This document shows positions 48,135 through 57,204 of a stretch of DNA of 64,000 nt, in pieces. The DNA is from Ignavibacteria bacterium (lineage in GTDB: Bacteria; Bacteroidota; Ignavibacteria; Tepidaquicellales; OLB5), in the NCBI GenBank assembly GCA_049516635.1, contig JBEKSX010000002.1, forward strand, positions 3,768 through 67,767, written 5' to 3'. Position numbers and translations under genes: made by a program. The stretch's first letter is position 1, and each line of letters begins with the position of its first letter. Under the pieces are notes generated by a model, which saw nothing but the letters and a program-made list of their open reading frames with translations, was not told the DNA's origin and did not search any database.

Positions 48135-48881
48135 TCATTTCTTTATAAATATTGATAAAGGACCTTTTGGATCGATTACGTCTTGCAATACTGAATAGGG
48201 CACGTATACCTCTTTTGGCCCCTCTGCATATGATGCAACCTGGTAAACAGGGAAAGTGATGAGAAGTGAATTCCCGGTAATATTAAATACGGTATAGTTG
48301 CTGTCCTTGGGTGAAGCACCATCCTGTATCCAGCTTATATCCGGGTTATCGGTATATTCATTTTTTTGCTTCACAAGATCTGCGATGCAGTAATCTGAAA
48401 TAGCTTTCAGATAATTTCCCGTGAACATGTCTGAAAGCTTAACCGGTTTGTTATTTTTCAGATCATACACAGCAGAATAGAAAAATGTAAGCGGGTGTGC
48501 AGCTCCCGCATAATACTCATAGCCGTCAAACCTGATACTGATAACTTCGTCTGACCGGAACCAGACGGAATCGGCAATTTCGAATTCGCTGGAAAAATCT
48601 TTAGGAGCTTCCCAGGTCTTCATGTCATTTTTAAAACTATTGACCGCATCAAAGACAATCTGAAATGCATAGCTGTTAAATTTATCCTGGACGTTCTTAT
48701 CATGAAAACCCGAGATGACGGGATACGATGTATTGATTGTATATTTTAATTTCTTATTATCTTCTTTTATCACTTTGAAATCAACCTTGTAATCTGCCGA
48801 TTCCATGTACAGATAATTTGCGCAGGCAGAATTAACAAGCAATATCAACAGGAAAATTATTTTATAAAATTTATTGCTCAT
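48135..48881 (-). CDS. DUF3298/DUF4163-like secreted protein
   Basis: The 248-aa ORF has a signal peptide and the pattern YP.ISG......Q.KFN followed by ...Y.GGAHP, typical of the PdaC/RsiV-like family. This is a motif-level call. Confidence 0.45.
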   Translation of the reverse strand: MSNKFYKIIFLLILLVNSACANYLYMESADYKVDFKVIKEDNKKLKYTINTSYPVISGFHDKNVQDKFNSYAFQIVFDAVNSFKNDMKTWEAPKDFSSEFEIADSVWFRSDEVISIRFDGYEYYAGAAHPLTFFYSAVYDLKNNKPVKLSDMFTGNYLKAISDYCIADLVKQKNEYTDNPDISWIQDGASPKDSNYTVFNITGNSLLITFPVYQVASYAEGPKEVYVPYSVLQDVIDPKGPLSIFIKK

Positions 48882-50373
48882 GTTTCTTATATATTGAATT
48901 AATAAAATATGAAATGTTTGAAATTATTAATGTGATGATTACGCCTATTATCACATACCAGGTGTATGCTATCTTAGTATAGTATATTATGAAGACCATC
49001 CCAAGGATACCGGCAATGAATCCTATCATTGCATCTCTCTGCTTCACCTTCTTAAAGAAAATGCCTAATAGAAAAGTCCCCAGCTGACCGCCGTAAGTGA
49101 AAGAAGCTATGGAAAGCCCGAGCTCAACCACGGGATTTTTAGTGTCTCGAAATAGCATCGCTCCTCCCACCAGCGCAACCCCCCAGAACAAAGTGAATAT
49201 TCGTGACCAGTAGACCTCTCTCCGGGGACTCATTTCCTTAGCTTTTCCGGATGATCGGAATAGATCAAGATATGTGGATGAAGCCAGTGAACTTATAGCC
49301 GATGACAAGGTACCCATTGCAGAAGCCAGTACGCCTGCTATCACAATTCCGGCTACGCCAACAGGAAGATTTTCCACTATGAATTTAGGGAATATCTCGT
49401 CCGAAGACATCAGGTTGGAACCCGTCGATTGCAGAACGAGCTGGTTAAATGGAATGCCTTTATAAAATGCATACAGGCACAAACCGAGAAACAGGAAAAA
49501 TGCGAACTGTATTACAATGACGCTTGAATCCAGTATCAAAGCTTTCTGGCTGTCACGTTTTGATCTGCAGCCGAGCAATCTTTGCACTAATAATTGATCT
49601 GTTCCATGAGAAGCCATCGTTAAGAACGTTCCGCCGAGCAGTGCCCCGATAAACGTGTAAGGCGAAGCAAGAAAATCAATTAACCCGCCGCTAAAGCTAA
49701 AATCAAACATAGCAAATTTATTTGTACCCGCGATAGTTGCATAATTAATAACATCATTCAATCCGTTAGGCAGGTAATGAAAAATTATTATCATGGAAGC
49801 AGCTGCCCCGCCGAGGTATATGAACATCTGGACTACATCCATTGTTACAACGGCTTTCAATCCGCCGAGAAAAGTATAGATCAATGTAAAAACCCCGATT
49901 ATAGCAATGCTAGTGGGGTAATCGAGACCTGTGATAATATGGACCGGTATTGCAGTTGCAAACAAGCGTACACCTGAAGCGAGGACTCTGGTTACAATAA
50001 ATACACTTGAGGTAAACTTTCTGAGAGCCAGTCCGAAGCGTTTGCCCAAAAAATCGTAAGCTGTTTCCATATCACCCCGGTAATAAGCAGGAATGAACAC
50101 GGCTGCTACAATAAGTCTTCCGATAAAATAACCGAACACCAATTGCATGAACTGCATATTGCTCTTATATGCGAGCCCGGGAATACTTATGAATGTGAGA
50201 GTGCTGGTTTCGCTTGCAACTATGGATAGACCTACAGCCCACCAGGCAAGCTGTTTACCGCCCAGAAAATAGTCTTTTGATGATCTTTGTTTTCCGGAAG
50301 TGATGATACCGAATACTGTTACGCCGACTAGATAGAGTATGACGATTATGTAATCGGTTAAAGAGAAATGCAT
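48871..50373 (-). CDS. sodium:solute symporter family transporter
   Basis: The 500-aa ORF has about 13 TM helices and the N-terminal DYFLGGK...WW SSF signature. Confidence 0.85.
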   Translation of the reverse strand: MHFSLTDYIIVILYLVGVTVFGIITSGKQRSSKDYFLGGKQLAWWAVGLSIVASETSTLTFISIPGLAYKSNMQFMQLVFGYFIGRLIVAAVFIPAYYRGDMETAYDFLGKRFGLALRKFTSSVFIVTRVLASGVRLFATAIPVHIITGLDYPTSIAIIGVFTLIYTFLGGLKAVVTMDVVQMFIYLGGAAASMIIIFHYLPNGLNDVINYATIAGTNKFAMFDFSFSGGLIDFLASPYTFIGALLGGTFLTMASHGTDQLLVQRLLGCRSKRDSQKALILDSSVIVIQFAFFLFLGLCLYAFYKGIPFNQLVLQSTGSNLMSSDEIFPKFIVENLPVGVAGIVIAGVLASAMGTLSSAISSLASSTYLDLFRSSGKAKEMSPRREVYWSRIFTLFWGVALVGGAMLFRDTKNPVVELGLSIASFTYGGQLGTFLLGIFFKKVKQRDAMIGFIAGILGMVFIIYYTKIAYTWYVIIGVIITLIISNISYFINSIYKKHEQ

Positions 50374-50401
50374 TTACAAATATAAGAATATATTTACGTT
50401 G

Positions 50402-52486
50402 TTATTCTTTGTATCCAAAGCAGTTCAGTATAAAGGCATATTCGAAAGCTGCTTCTTTATAGAAAGTATACCTTCCGGAAGGTCCGAAATGTGCGGCTTC
50501 CATTTCTGTTTTAAGAATCAGCTCATTCTCATCTTTTTTAAAGGCTCTTAGTTTTGCAACATACTTAGCGGGCTCAAAACAGTGAACATTAACATCATAC
50601 AATCCCGCAGTTACAAGCATGTGAGGGTATTCCTGATATATAATATTATCATACGGGCTATATGATTTGATATAGTAATAATATTCTTCACTTACCGGGT
50701 TACCCCACTCATTAAAATGCATAGCCGAATTTTCAATTGTCCCATCGAATAAATTGTTGAGCACGTCCGTTCCGGGCACCCTTAGCACGAGGCATCTAAA
50801 AAGATCCGGCCGCATATTGGCAACAGCTCCTAACAGCAATCCTCCTGCACTTGCTGCCATTGCCGTTATTCCTTTTTTGTAAGTGTATTTGGTTTTTACT
50901 AAATGTTCCACGCAGCTTATAAAGTCATAAAATGTGTTCTTTTTATTCAATAATTTCCCGTTATTATACCATTCCTCTCCCATTTCTCCGCCCCCTCTGA
51001 TATGTGCTATTGCATAAACGAATCCCCTGTCCAGCAAAGAAAATCTTGTTTCGGTAAACCAAACTTCCGAACTAATTCCGTATGAACCATAAGAATAAAG
51101 ATAAGCCGGGTTTTTTCCATCATGCGGTAGCCCTTTTTTATAAACAAGCGATATTGGAATCATAACTCCATCATGAGCTTTCGCATAGATCCGTTCGCAC
51201 ATATAATTATCCTTATTATATCCGCCACGGACCTCTTTCTGTTTTAATAAAATGCTTTCCCCTTTTTCCATATCATAATCAAATATTGTCCTTGGTGTAA
51301 TAAAAGACATATACATATATCTGAAATATTTTGTATCAAATTCAAAATTAGCATCGGAAAATGCGGAATATACCGGTTCGGGAAATTTGACATAATGTGC
51401 CTGATTATTACTTAAATTAATGATACGGAATTTTGTCAATCCTTCTCCGCGTTCATTCAAAACAAGGTAATCCTTGAAAATTATCATTTCTTCAATCTTA
51501 GCAGCAGGATTTTCAGGAACAAACTCTTTCCAGTTTTCTATGGATGTATTGTTAACCGGGGTTGTCATTACCCTGTAATTTGGAGCATTATAATTTGTCA
51601 GGATATAAAATTTTCCCCCGTTTTGTTCGACAGAATATCTCAGACCTTCTGTTCTTTTATTGAATAATTTAAATTTTCCCTGAGGATTATTTACATCGAT
51701 GTAACTCACTTCGCTCGTATTCATACAGCCAGAGGTAAGAAAGATATAATCTCTTGATTTAGAGATAGTAATATCTACCCAAAACCTATCATCTTTTTCC
51801 TGATAAAGCAGCTCATCATTATTCTGGTCCTGCCCCATAATGTGTCTAAAGACCTGCTTTCCCATATTACCTCTCTCATTTTTCACATAATAGAGAAATT
51901 TATCATCCGGCGCCCATTCCCAACTCCACCCCACATTGGATAACGTTTCTTTGGAAGTTTCCCCCGTAGTTAGATTTCTAAAATAAATTGTCCGCGAATG
52001 GTCTCCTTTTCTATCGACGCCAACCGCCAGTGTTCTGCCATCGGGAGAAGGCACATAGATTACACTGCAATAAGCGAGTTCGCCTGCTATCTCATTTATA
52101 TCCAGTATTAATTGCTCTTCGCTGTCCTCAGAATTTTTCTTCCTGTAATGGACCTGGTAATTTTTACCTTTCTCTTCTTTCATGAAGTAAAAGTAATTTC
52201 CCCGCTTGAATGGAACCGTTATATCATCTTCAACAATTTTGCTGATAAATTCATTGTATACTTTCTCTTTCAGTCCTGAAAATTGCCGGGCAACACAGTC
52301 CGTGTATTCGTTCTCTTTTCTCAGGTAACCGAGCATTTCGGGATCCTTCAGATCATGCATCCATGCATAATTGTCTACTCTGTTATCTCCGTGATGAATG
52401 GATTCTACTGGAAGAATTTTAGCTGTGGGAGGTTTGATATGATTTTCCATAGATAATTTTTGTAATAAATAAGGCTTATTCCTCAA
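50402..52486 (-). CDS. ptrB: S9A serine peptidase, oligopeptidase B-like
   Basis: The 694-aa ORF has the N-terminus HGD.RVDNYAWM.D, a beta-propeller region and the catalytic region GGSAGGLL (seen as ASAGGLLLG). An alternative start lies at the internal Met at 52450. Confidence 0.8.
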   Translation of the reverse strand: MRNKPYLLQKLSMENHIKPPTAKILPVESIHHGDNRVDNYAWMHDLKDPEMLGYLRKENEYTDCVARQFSGLKEKVYNEFISKIVEDDITVPFKRGNYFYFMKEEKGKNYQVHYRKKNSEDSEEQLILDINEIAGELAYCSVIYVPSPDGRTLAVGVDRKGDHSRTIYFRNLTTGETSKETLSNVGWSWEWAPDDKFLYYVKNERGNMGKQVFRHIMGQDQNNDELLYQEKDDRFWVDITISKSRDYIFLTSGCMNTSEVSYIDVNNPQGKFKLFNKRTEGLRYSVEQNGGKFYILTNYNAPNYRVMTTPVNNTSIENWKEFVPENPAAKIEEMIIFKDYLVLNERGEGLTKFRIINLSNNQAHYVKFPEPVYSAFSDANFEFDTKYFRYMYMSFITPRTIFDYDMEKGESILLKQKEVRGGYNKDNYMCERIYAKAHDGVMIPISLVYKKGLPHDGKNPAYLYSYGSYGISSEVWFTETRFSLLDRGFVYAIAHIRGGGEMGEEWYNNGKLLNKKNTFYDFISCVEHLVKTKYTYKKGITAMAASAGGLLLGAVANMRPDLFRCLVLRVPGTDVLNNLFDGTIENSAMHFNEWGNPVSEEYYYYIKSYSPYDNIIYQEYPHMLVTAGLYDVNVHCFEPAKYVAKLRAFKKDENELILKTEMEAAHFGPSGRYTFYKEAAFEYAFILNCFGYKE

Positions 52487-52517
52487 ATTTATAATAATTT
52501 ATCAAATAAATTCATCC

Positions 52518-52578
52518 CAAATAAAAATGCCTGTTTACTTGATAGAGAATCCAATAATCCTCCATGATAAACAGGCAT
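52518..52578 (-). terminator. probable terminator hairpin downstream of pnp
   Basis: The 11-bp stem atgcctgttta/taaacaggcat has a ~30-nt loop and is followed on the minus strand by TTTTTATTT. It starts about 30 nt after the pnp stop. Confidence 0.45.
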
Positions 52579-52609
52579 AAGACTAAGAATCTTAGTTTAT
52601 CGAGATATT

Positions 52610-54796
52610 TTAGTTACGCGGTTTATGCGGTCTCCTATCGCCGTGGTGTCTGTCTTCGTGAGAACTATCGCTGTGCTGTCTCTCCTTCTTTTCACCATGT
52701 TCATCTTCCTCGGTTTCCGGAAGAAGAACTTTCCTGCTTAAGCTTAATTTGCCGCTCTCTTTATCTATCTCCATCAGTTTTACCGTTACCTCTTCACCGC
52801 GTTTTAAAACATCTTCTACTCTATTTATCCGTTTTCTATCGATCTGCGAAATGTGCAGGAGTCCCTCTTTACCCGGTAATATTTCTACAAAAGCGCCAAA
52901 ATCTGTTATCTTCGTCACCCTGCCCGTATATATCTTTCCTTTTTCGGGAACCTCTGTAATTTTTTCTATCATTTCTCTCGCAATCGCGGCAGACTCACCG
53001 GAGACTGCAGCGATAGTAACCGTTCCGTCATCTTCGATATTGATCTCAGCACCGCTTTGTTCGATTATATGGCGTATTGATTTTCCACCCGGTCCGATCA
53101 CTGCTCCGATCATGTCAACTGGGACAATCATAGAATATAGATGCGGAGCATACTGTGAAATCGTTTCTCTCGGTTCGGGTAGGGTCTGGTTCATAATGTT
53201 CAGTATGTGTACCCGCCCTTCCTTAGCTTGCTGAAGCGCCTCTTCCATTATCTCGAACGAAATTCCTTTTATCTTTATATCCATCTGGTAACCTGTAATG
53301 CCCTGTGTTGTACCGCATATTTTAAAATCCATATCTCCAAAGTGATCCTCATTGCCGAGTATATCTGATAAAACTACAACTTTATCACTTTCCTTCACCA
53401 AACCCATCGCAATACCTGCAACCGGTCGCTTTATGTGAACACCGCCATCCATTAAAGCCAGCGTGCCTGCACATACGGTTGCCATAGAGGAAGAACCGTT
53501 AGATTCAAGTATATCGGAAACAAGCCGTATTGTATAGGGAAAATCCTTTTCGTCAGGGAGCATATTCTTTAACGATCTTTCTGCCAGATGACCGTGGCCA
53601 ATCTCTCTTCTTCCGGGCCCGGACATCCTTCCGACTTCACCCACTGAAAAAGGCGGGAAGTTATAATGAAGCATGAATGTCTTGGATGATTCAGGCAGCA
53701 GTCCGTCGATTATCTGTTCGTCCATCTTGGTTCCGAGAGTAAGAGATGTCAAGCTCTGCGTTTCACCACGTGTGAATAGTGCCGAACCGTGATTCCTCGG
53801 GAGTACTCCCACTTCACATGTTATAGGCCTTATATCTTTTGAACTTCTTCCGTCAAGTCTTCTGCCTTCTTCCAGTATCATTTTTCTCATATCCTCGTAC
53901 TGCAGGTTATGGTATGTTTCACCGATAAGCAGTTCCTGCTCAGGATACTTTTCTGCAAGCGATACGTTCAGAGAGTCGAACAGCTCTTTGTTCTTATTAT
54001 GTCTTTCATCTTTAGTAAGAATGGTTCTGTGAAGTTCTCTGATCCTGTCCAAGCAGAAGTCCTTTATATCCTTAATGAGTTCGGTATTTTCTGCCTGGGG
54101 TATCACTTCACGCTTCGGTTTGCCGGCTTCTTTCTGCAGTTCGATCTGGATCCTGCATAACTCTCTGACACTCTCGTGTGCAAATTTGATCGCGTTCAAT
54201 AGATCCTGTTCAGCAACTTCCAGTGAATCACCTTCAACCATGACGATGGAATCATCAGTTCCTGCAACCACCAGATTCATATCGCTTTCCTTCAGCTGAG
54301 TTTGAGTAGGATTTATCACGAACACTCCATTCACCCTGCCAACCCTTACCTCACCGATAGGTCCGTCGAACGGGATATCGGAAATCAAGAGCGCCGCTGA
54401 AGCACCTATAGCTGCAAGTACATCGGCATCATTTTCCTGATCGGAAGAATATACAGAGCATATCAACTGGGTTTCGCATTTAAATCCCTCCGGGAAAAGA
54501 GGCCTGATCGGCCTGTCAATGAGACGGGATGTGAGCACTTCCTTCTCGCTGGGTTTACCTTCCCGTTTAAAGAAGCCTCCCGGAATTTTCCCGGCAGCAG
54601 CAGTTCTTTCACGGTACTCGACCTGCAGCGGAAAAAAATCAGTCCCTTCTGTGGTTTCTTCTTTCGCAACAGCAGTGCACAGAACGATCGTTTCCCCGTA
54701 AGACACGACGGCTGAACCGCCTGCCTGTCTGGCTAACTTCCCTGTTTCTATTCTTAATATTTTGCCCCCTAAATCAATATCTTTGCTTAATATCAT
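52610..54796 (-). CDS. pnp: polyribonucleotide nucleotidyltransferase (PNPase)
   Basis: The 728-aa ORF has two RNase PH domains, a KH domain (GPGGKSIR) and an S1 domain (YTGRVTKITDFGAFVEI), plus a basic His/Arg-rich tail. Confidence 0.95.
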   Translation of the reverse strand: MILSKDIDLGGKILRIETGKLARQAGGSAVVSYGETIVLCTAVAKEETTEGTDFFPLQVEYRERTAAAGKIPGGFFKREGKPSEKEVLTSRLIDRPIRPLFPEGFKCETQLICSVYSSDQENDADVLAAIGASAALLISDIPFDGPIGEVRVGRVNGVFVINPTQTQLKESDMNLVVAGTDDSIVMVEGDSLEVAEQDLLNAIKFAHESVRELCRIQIELQKEAGKPKREVIPQAENTELIKDIKDFCLDRIRELHRTILTKDERHNKNKELFDSLNVSLAEKYPEQELLIGETYHNLQYEDMRKMILEEGRRLDGRSSKDIRPITCEVGVLPRNHGSALFTRGETQSLTSLTLGTKMDEQIIDGLLPESSKTFMLHYNFPPFSVGEVGRMSGPGRREIGHGHLAERSLKNMLPDEKDFPYTIRLVSDILESNGSSSMATVCAGTLALMDGGVHIKRPVAGIAMGLVKESDKVVVLSDILGNEDHFGDMDFKICGTTQGITGYQMDIKIKGISFEIMEEALQQAKEGRVHILNIMNQTLPEPRETISQYAPHLYSMIVPVDMIGAVIGPGGKSIRHIIEQSGAEINIEDDGTVTIAAVSGESAAIAREMIEKITEVPEKGKIYTGRVTKITDFGAFVEILPGKEGLLHISQIDRKRINRVEDVLKRGEEVTVKLMEIDKESGKLSLSRKVLLPETEEDEHGEKKERQHSDSSHEDRHHGDRRPHKPRN

Positions 54797-54832
54797 TTTT
54801 TATTTCTTTCTTTATTCTGTTATAAAATATTT

Positions 54833-54892
54833 AAACATTCTGCTGATTTGCTCTTAAAAAGTAAAATACTTACAGTTTAAGCAGAAATGTTT
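54833..54892 (-). promoter_or_regulatory. long hairpin in the rpsO-pnp intercistronic region
   Basis: The stem aaacatt(t)ctgct/agcagaatgttt (12 bp with one bulge) spans almost the whole 102-nt spacer. Confidence 0.4.
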
Positions 54893-54898
54893 ACCGTT

Positions 54899-55171
54899 CT
54901 ATTTTCTGATCTGAAGATCTTTGATGATCTTTCTGTACCTGTCAATATCTTTATTCTCAAGATACCTGAGCAGACGGCGTCTTTTGCCTACCATCTTCAG
55001 CAGCCCCAGACGGGAATGATGATCTTTCTTGTGAGCTGAAAAATGTTCAGCCTGCAATTCGTTGATCCTTCTTGTCAGAATAGCTATCTGCACCTCTGAC
55101 TTTCCCGAATCTTTTTCAGTACTGCCGTATTTTGAAATGATTTCCTGTTTTTGTTCTTTGCTTAGAGCCAT
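54899..55171 (-). CDS. rpsO: 30S ribosomal protein S15
   Basis: The 90-aa ORF has ...[21 protein letters not shown]...[19 protein letters not shown]. Confidence 0.95.
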   Translation of the reverse strand: MALSKEQKQEIISKYGSTEKDSGKSEVQIAILTRRINELQAEHFSAHKKDHHSRLGLLKMVGKRRRLLRYLENKDIDRYRKIIKDLQIRK

Positions 55172-55198
55172 TAGTTCTCCTTTAGTTTTATACTTCGG

Positions 55199-56137
55199 TT
55201 AAGATTTAATATTGAAATATTTTAATGTTTGTTCCCGGTCAAGTTTAAGCTGAGCTATCAGTTCTTCTTTTGAACCGAACTTTTTTTCGTCACGCAGCCT
55301 TTTTAAAAACTTTACATTTATTTCACTGTTATAAATATCATAGCTAAAATCAAAAATATTTATTTCCATTATTTTTTTCAACCCCTCGGTCATTGTCGGA
55401 CTATAGCCGATATTCATCATTCCGTAATACCACTTGTTCTCATATTGTACCTGAACACAATAAACTCCGTCCTTCGGCATAGCTTTGTTATCAGCTATCT
55501 GTGTTACGTTTACGGTGGGAAATCCCAGTGTCCTGCCTCTTTTATCGCCTGGTTTCACAAGCCCTTCGAAGCCGTACGCATAGCCAAGCAGCAGATTAGC
55601 TTTCTCAACGTTACCTTCATAAAGAAAATGCCTGATCTTGGTACTGCTAACTGCAGTTCCGTCCACATCAATTTCTTCTACTCTGTGAATTTCGAAATCA
55701 AGCTCTCTGCCTAATTTTAATAAAGTATCAAAACTTCCTTCCCTGTTCCTTCCGAAAACGTGGTCATATCCGACAACGAGATGACTAAGTCCTATCCTTG
55801 CATATATCAGCTTTTTGTAAAAATCTTCAGCTGTTGTTTTAGAAAATTCCTTTGTAAAAGTTATCACGAATACATTTTCTATTCCCAGCTCTTCAAAAAG
55901 CTTCAGTTTTTCATTGGTGGTTGTCAGCAGTTTAATTTCAGGTGATTTGTTTTTCAATACTTCCTGTGGATGCGGGTCGAATGTAACTATAAAAGAACGT
56001 AAACTGCCGTTTCTGGAAAAATCCAGCACCTTATTAATTATCTGTCTGTGAGCTGCATGGACACCATCAAATGTGCCGATAGATATTACGCTTGCATCAA
56101 CCCTTACTATATCATCGATATTCCTGTATATATTCAT
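55199..56137 (-). CDS. ribF: bifunctional riboflavin kinase / FAD synthetase
   Basis: The 312-aa ORF has the N-terminal FMN adenylyltransferase motifs GTFDGVH and F.PHP, and the C-terminal riboflavin kinase motifs G...LGFPT.N and E..I.DF..D.Y. Confidence 0.9.
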   Translation of the reverse strand: MNIYRNIDDIVRVDASVISIGTFDGVHAAHRQIINKVLDFSRNGSLRSFIVTFDPHPQEVLKNKSPEIKLLTTTNEKLKLFEELGIENVFVITFTKEFSKTTAEDFYKKLIYARIGLSHLVVGYDHVFGRNREGSFDTLLKLGRELDFEIHRVEEIDVDGTAVSSTKIRHFLYEGNVEKANLLLGYAYGFEGLVKPGDKRGRTLGFPTVNVTQIADNKAMPKDGVYCVQVQYENKWYYGMMNIGYSPTMTEGLKKIMEINIFDFSYDIYNSEINVKFLKRLRDEKKFGSKEELIAQLKLDREQTLKYFNIKS

Positions 56138-56163
56138 TAAGCTGTTTTTTAGCAGATACTTCC

Positions 56164-56856
56164 TTAGTTATATAGTATGTTATTATCCAGTTTCAGAAAT
56201 TCTTCGAGTGTTATTGAATTTTTCACGTCATACTCTCCTATCCTCAACCTTCTTAATACTTTGAGGTATGCACCTGTTCCAAGGATTTCGCCAAAATCAT
56301 TTACCAAAGCCCTCACATAAGTTCCCTTCGAGCAGACAGTTCTAAAAGATAGCTCGGGGAGCACTATAGACGTAATTTTGAACTCCCTGATCGTTACTTT
56401 TCTCGGTAAACGTTCTATAACTTTATTCTTTCTTGCATATTTATATAAAGGCTTGCCTTTGTATTTAATAGCGGAGTACATCGGCGGAACCTGTTCAATT
56501 TCACCTATAAACCTCTTTGCGCTCTCATGTATGATATCATTTGTAATATGCCGAATATCACGTTCATTTTTCACTTCCGTTTCGGAATCGAAGCTGCTGG
56601 TAGATGCCCCAATACGCATGATCCCTTCATATTCTTTATCAGAGATAATAAGGTCAGTCAGTTTTTTTGTCATCTTTTGAGTGCATACTATCATCAGCCC
56701 CGTAGCTTTAGGGTCAAGTGTACCTGAATGACCCGCTTTTTTAACTTTAAGTTTCTTTTTTATGATATTTACTACCCTGGCGCTAGAATAATCTGCGGGT
56801 TTATCGATCAGAAGCATCAAACCCTCCTTCTCATTCCCGGCAATCTTAAAGATCAT
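56164..56856 (-). CDS. truB: tRNA pseudouridine(55) synthase
   Basis: The ORF has LLIDKPADYSS and the catalytic GHSGTLDP. The track ORF extends to 56913, but the Met at 56856 avoids a 68-nt overlap with rbfA, so I prefer it. Confidence 0.85.
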   Translation of the reverse strand: MIFKIAGNEKEGLMLLIDKPADYSSARVVNIIKKKLKVKKAGHSGTLDPKATGLMIVCTQKMTKKLTDLIISDKEYEGIMRIGASTSSFDSETEVKNERDIRHITNDIIHESAKRFIGEIEQVPPMYSAIKYKGKPLYKYARKNKVIERLPRKVTIREFKITSIVLPELSFRTVCSKGTYVRALVNDFGEILGTGAYLKVLRRLRIGEYDVKNSITLEEFLKLDNNILYN

Positions 56857-57193
56857 CCTTATGAATTTCTTTAATAAGCTCGTCGATCTTGTTTGCGTAT
56901 TCCAAGGAATCATCGTAATAGAAGAGCAATTCTGGAACAGCCTTCAGGTAAATCCTTGAACCAAGATGCATCCTGATCTGCTTTTTCCTGAAGTTAATCT
57001 TATCTATGCATTTCTGTCCGGTTTGTTTATTCCCGAAAAAACTCAAATAAATTTTCGATGTTTTCAGGTCACGGCTCATAACAACTTTAGTAACCGTTAC
57101 CAACCCGAGATCAAGTTCGGATAGGTCCCTTGTCAGGACCTCATTAATCTTATGTTTAATCTCTTCCGAGACCTTTTCCGTTCTTACTGACAT
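56846..57193 (-). CDS. rbfA: ribosome-binding factor A
   Basis: The 115-aa ORF has R..KV.E.I...I..., then VTVT.V..S.DL..... and P.L.F..D. Confidence 0.9.
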   Translation of the reverse strand: MSVRTEKVSEEIKHKINEVLTRDLSELDLGLVTVTKVVMSRDLKTSKIYLSFFGNKQTGQKCIDKINFRKKQIRMHLGSRIYLKAVPELLFYYDDSLEYANKIDELIKEIHKDDL

Positions 57194-57204
57194 GGCTATA
57201 ATAA

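Noticed and set aside
52564-53234. Plus-strand ORFs of 131 and 161 aa.
   Set aside because: They are antisense to the 3' part of pnp, whose identity is unambiguous.
56857-56913. The N-terminal 19-codon extension of truB given in the ORF track.
   Set aside because: It would overlap rbfA by 68 nt and adds non-conserved residues. The Met at 56856 gives a TruB N-terminus closer to the conserved LLIDKP start.
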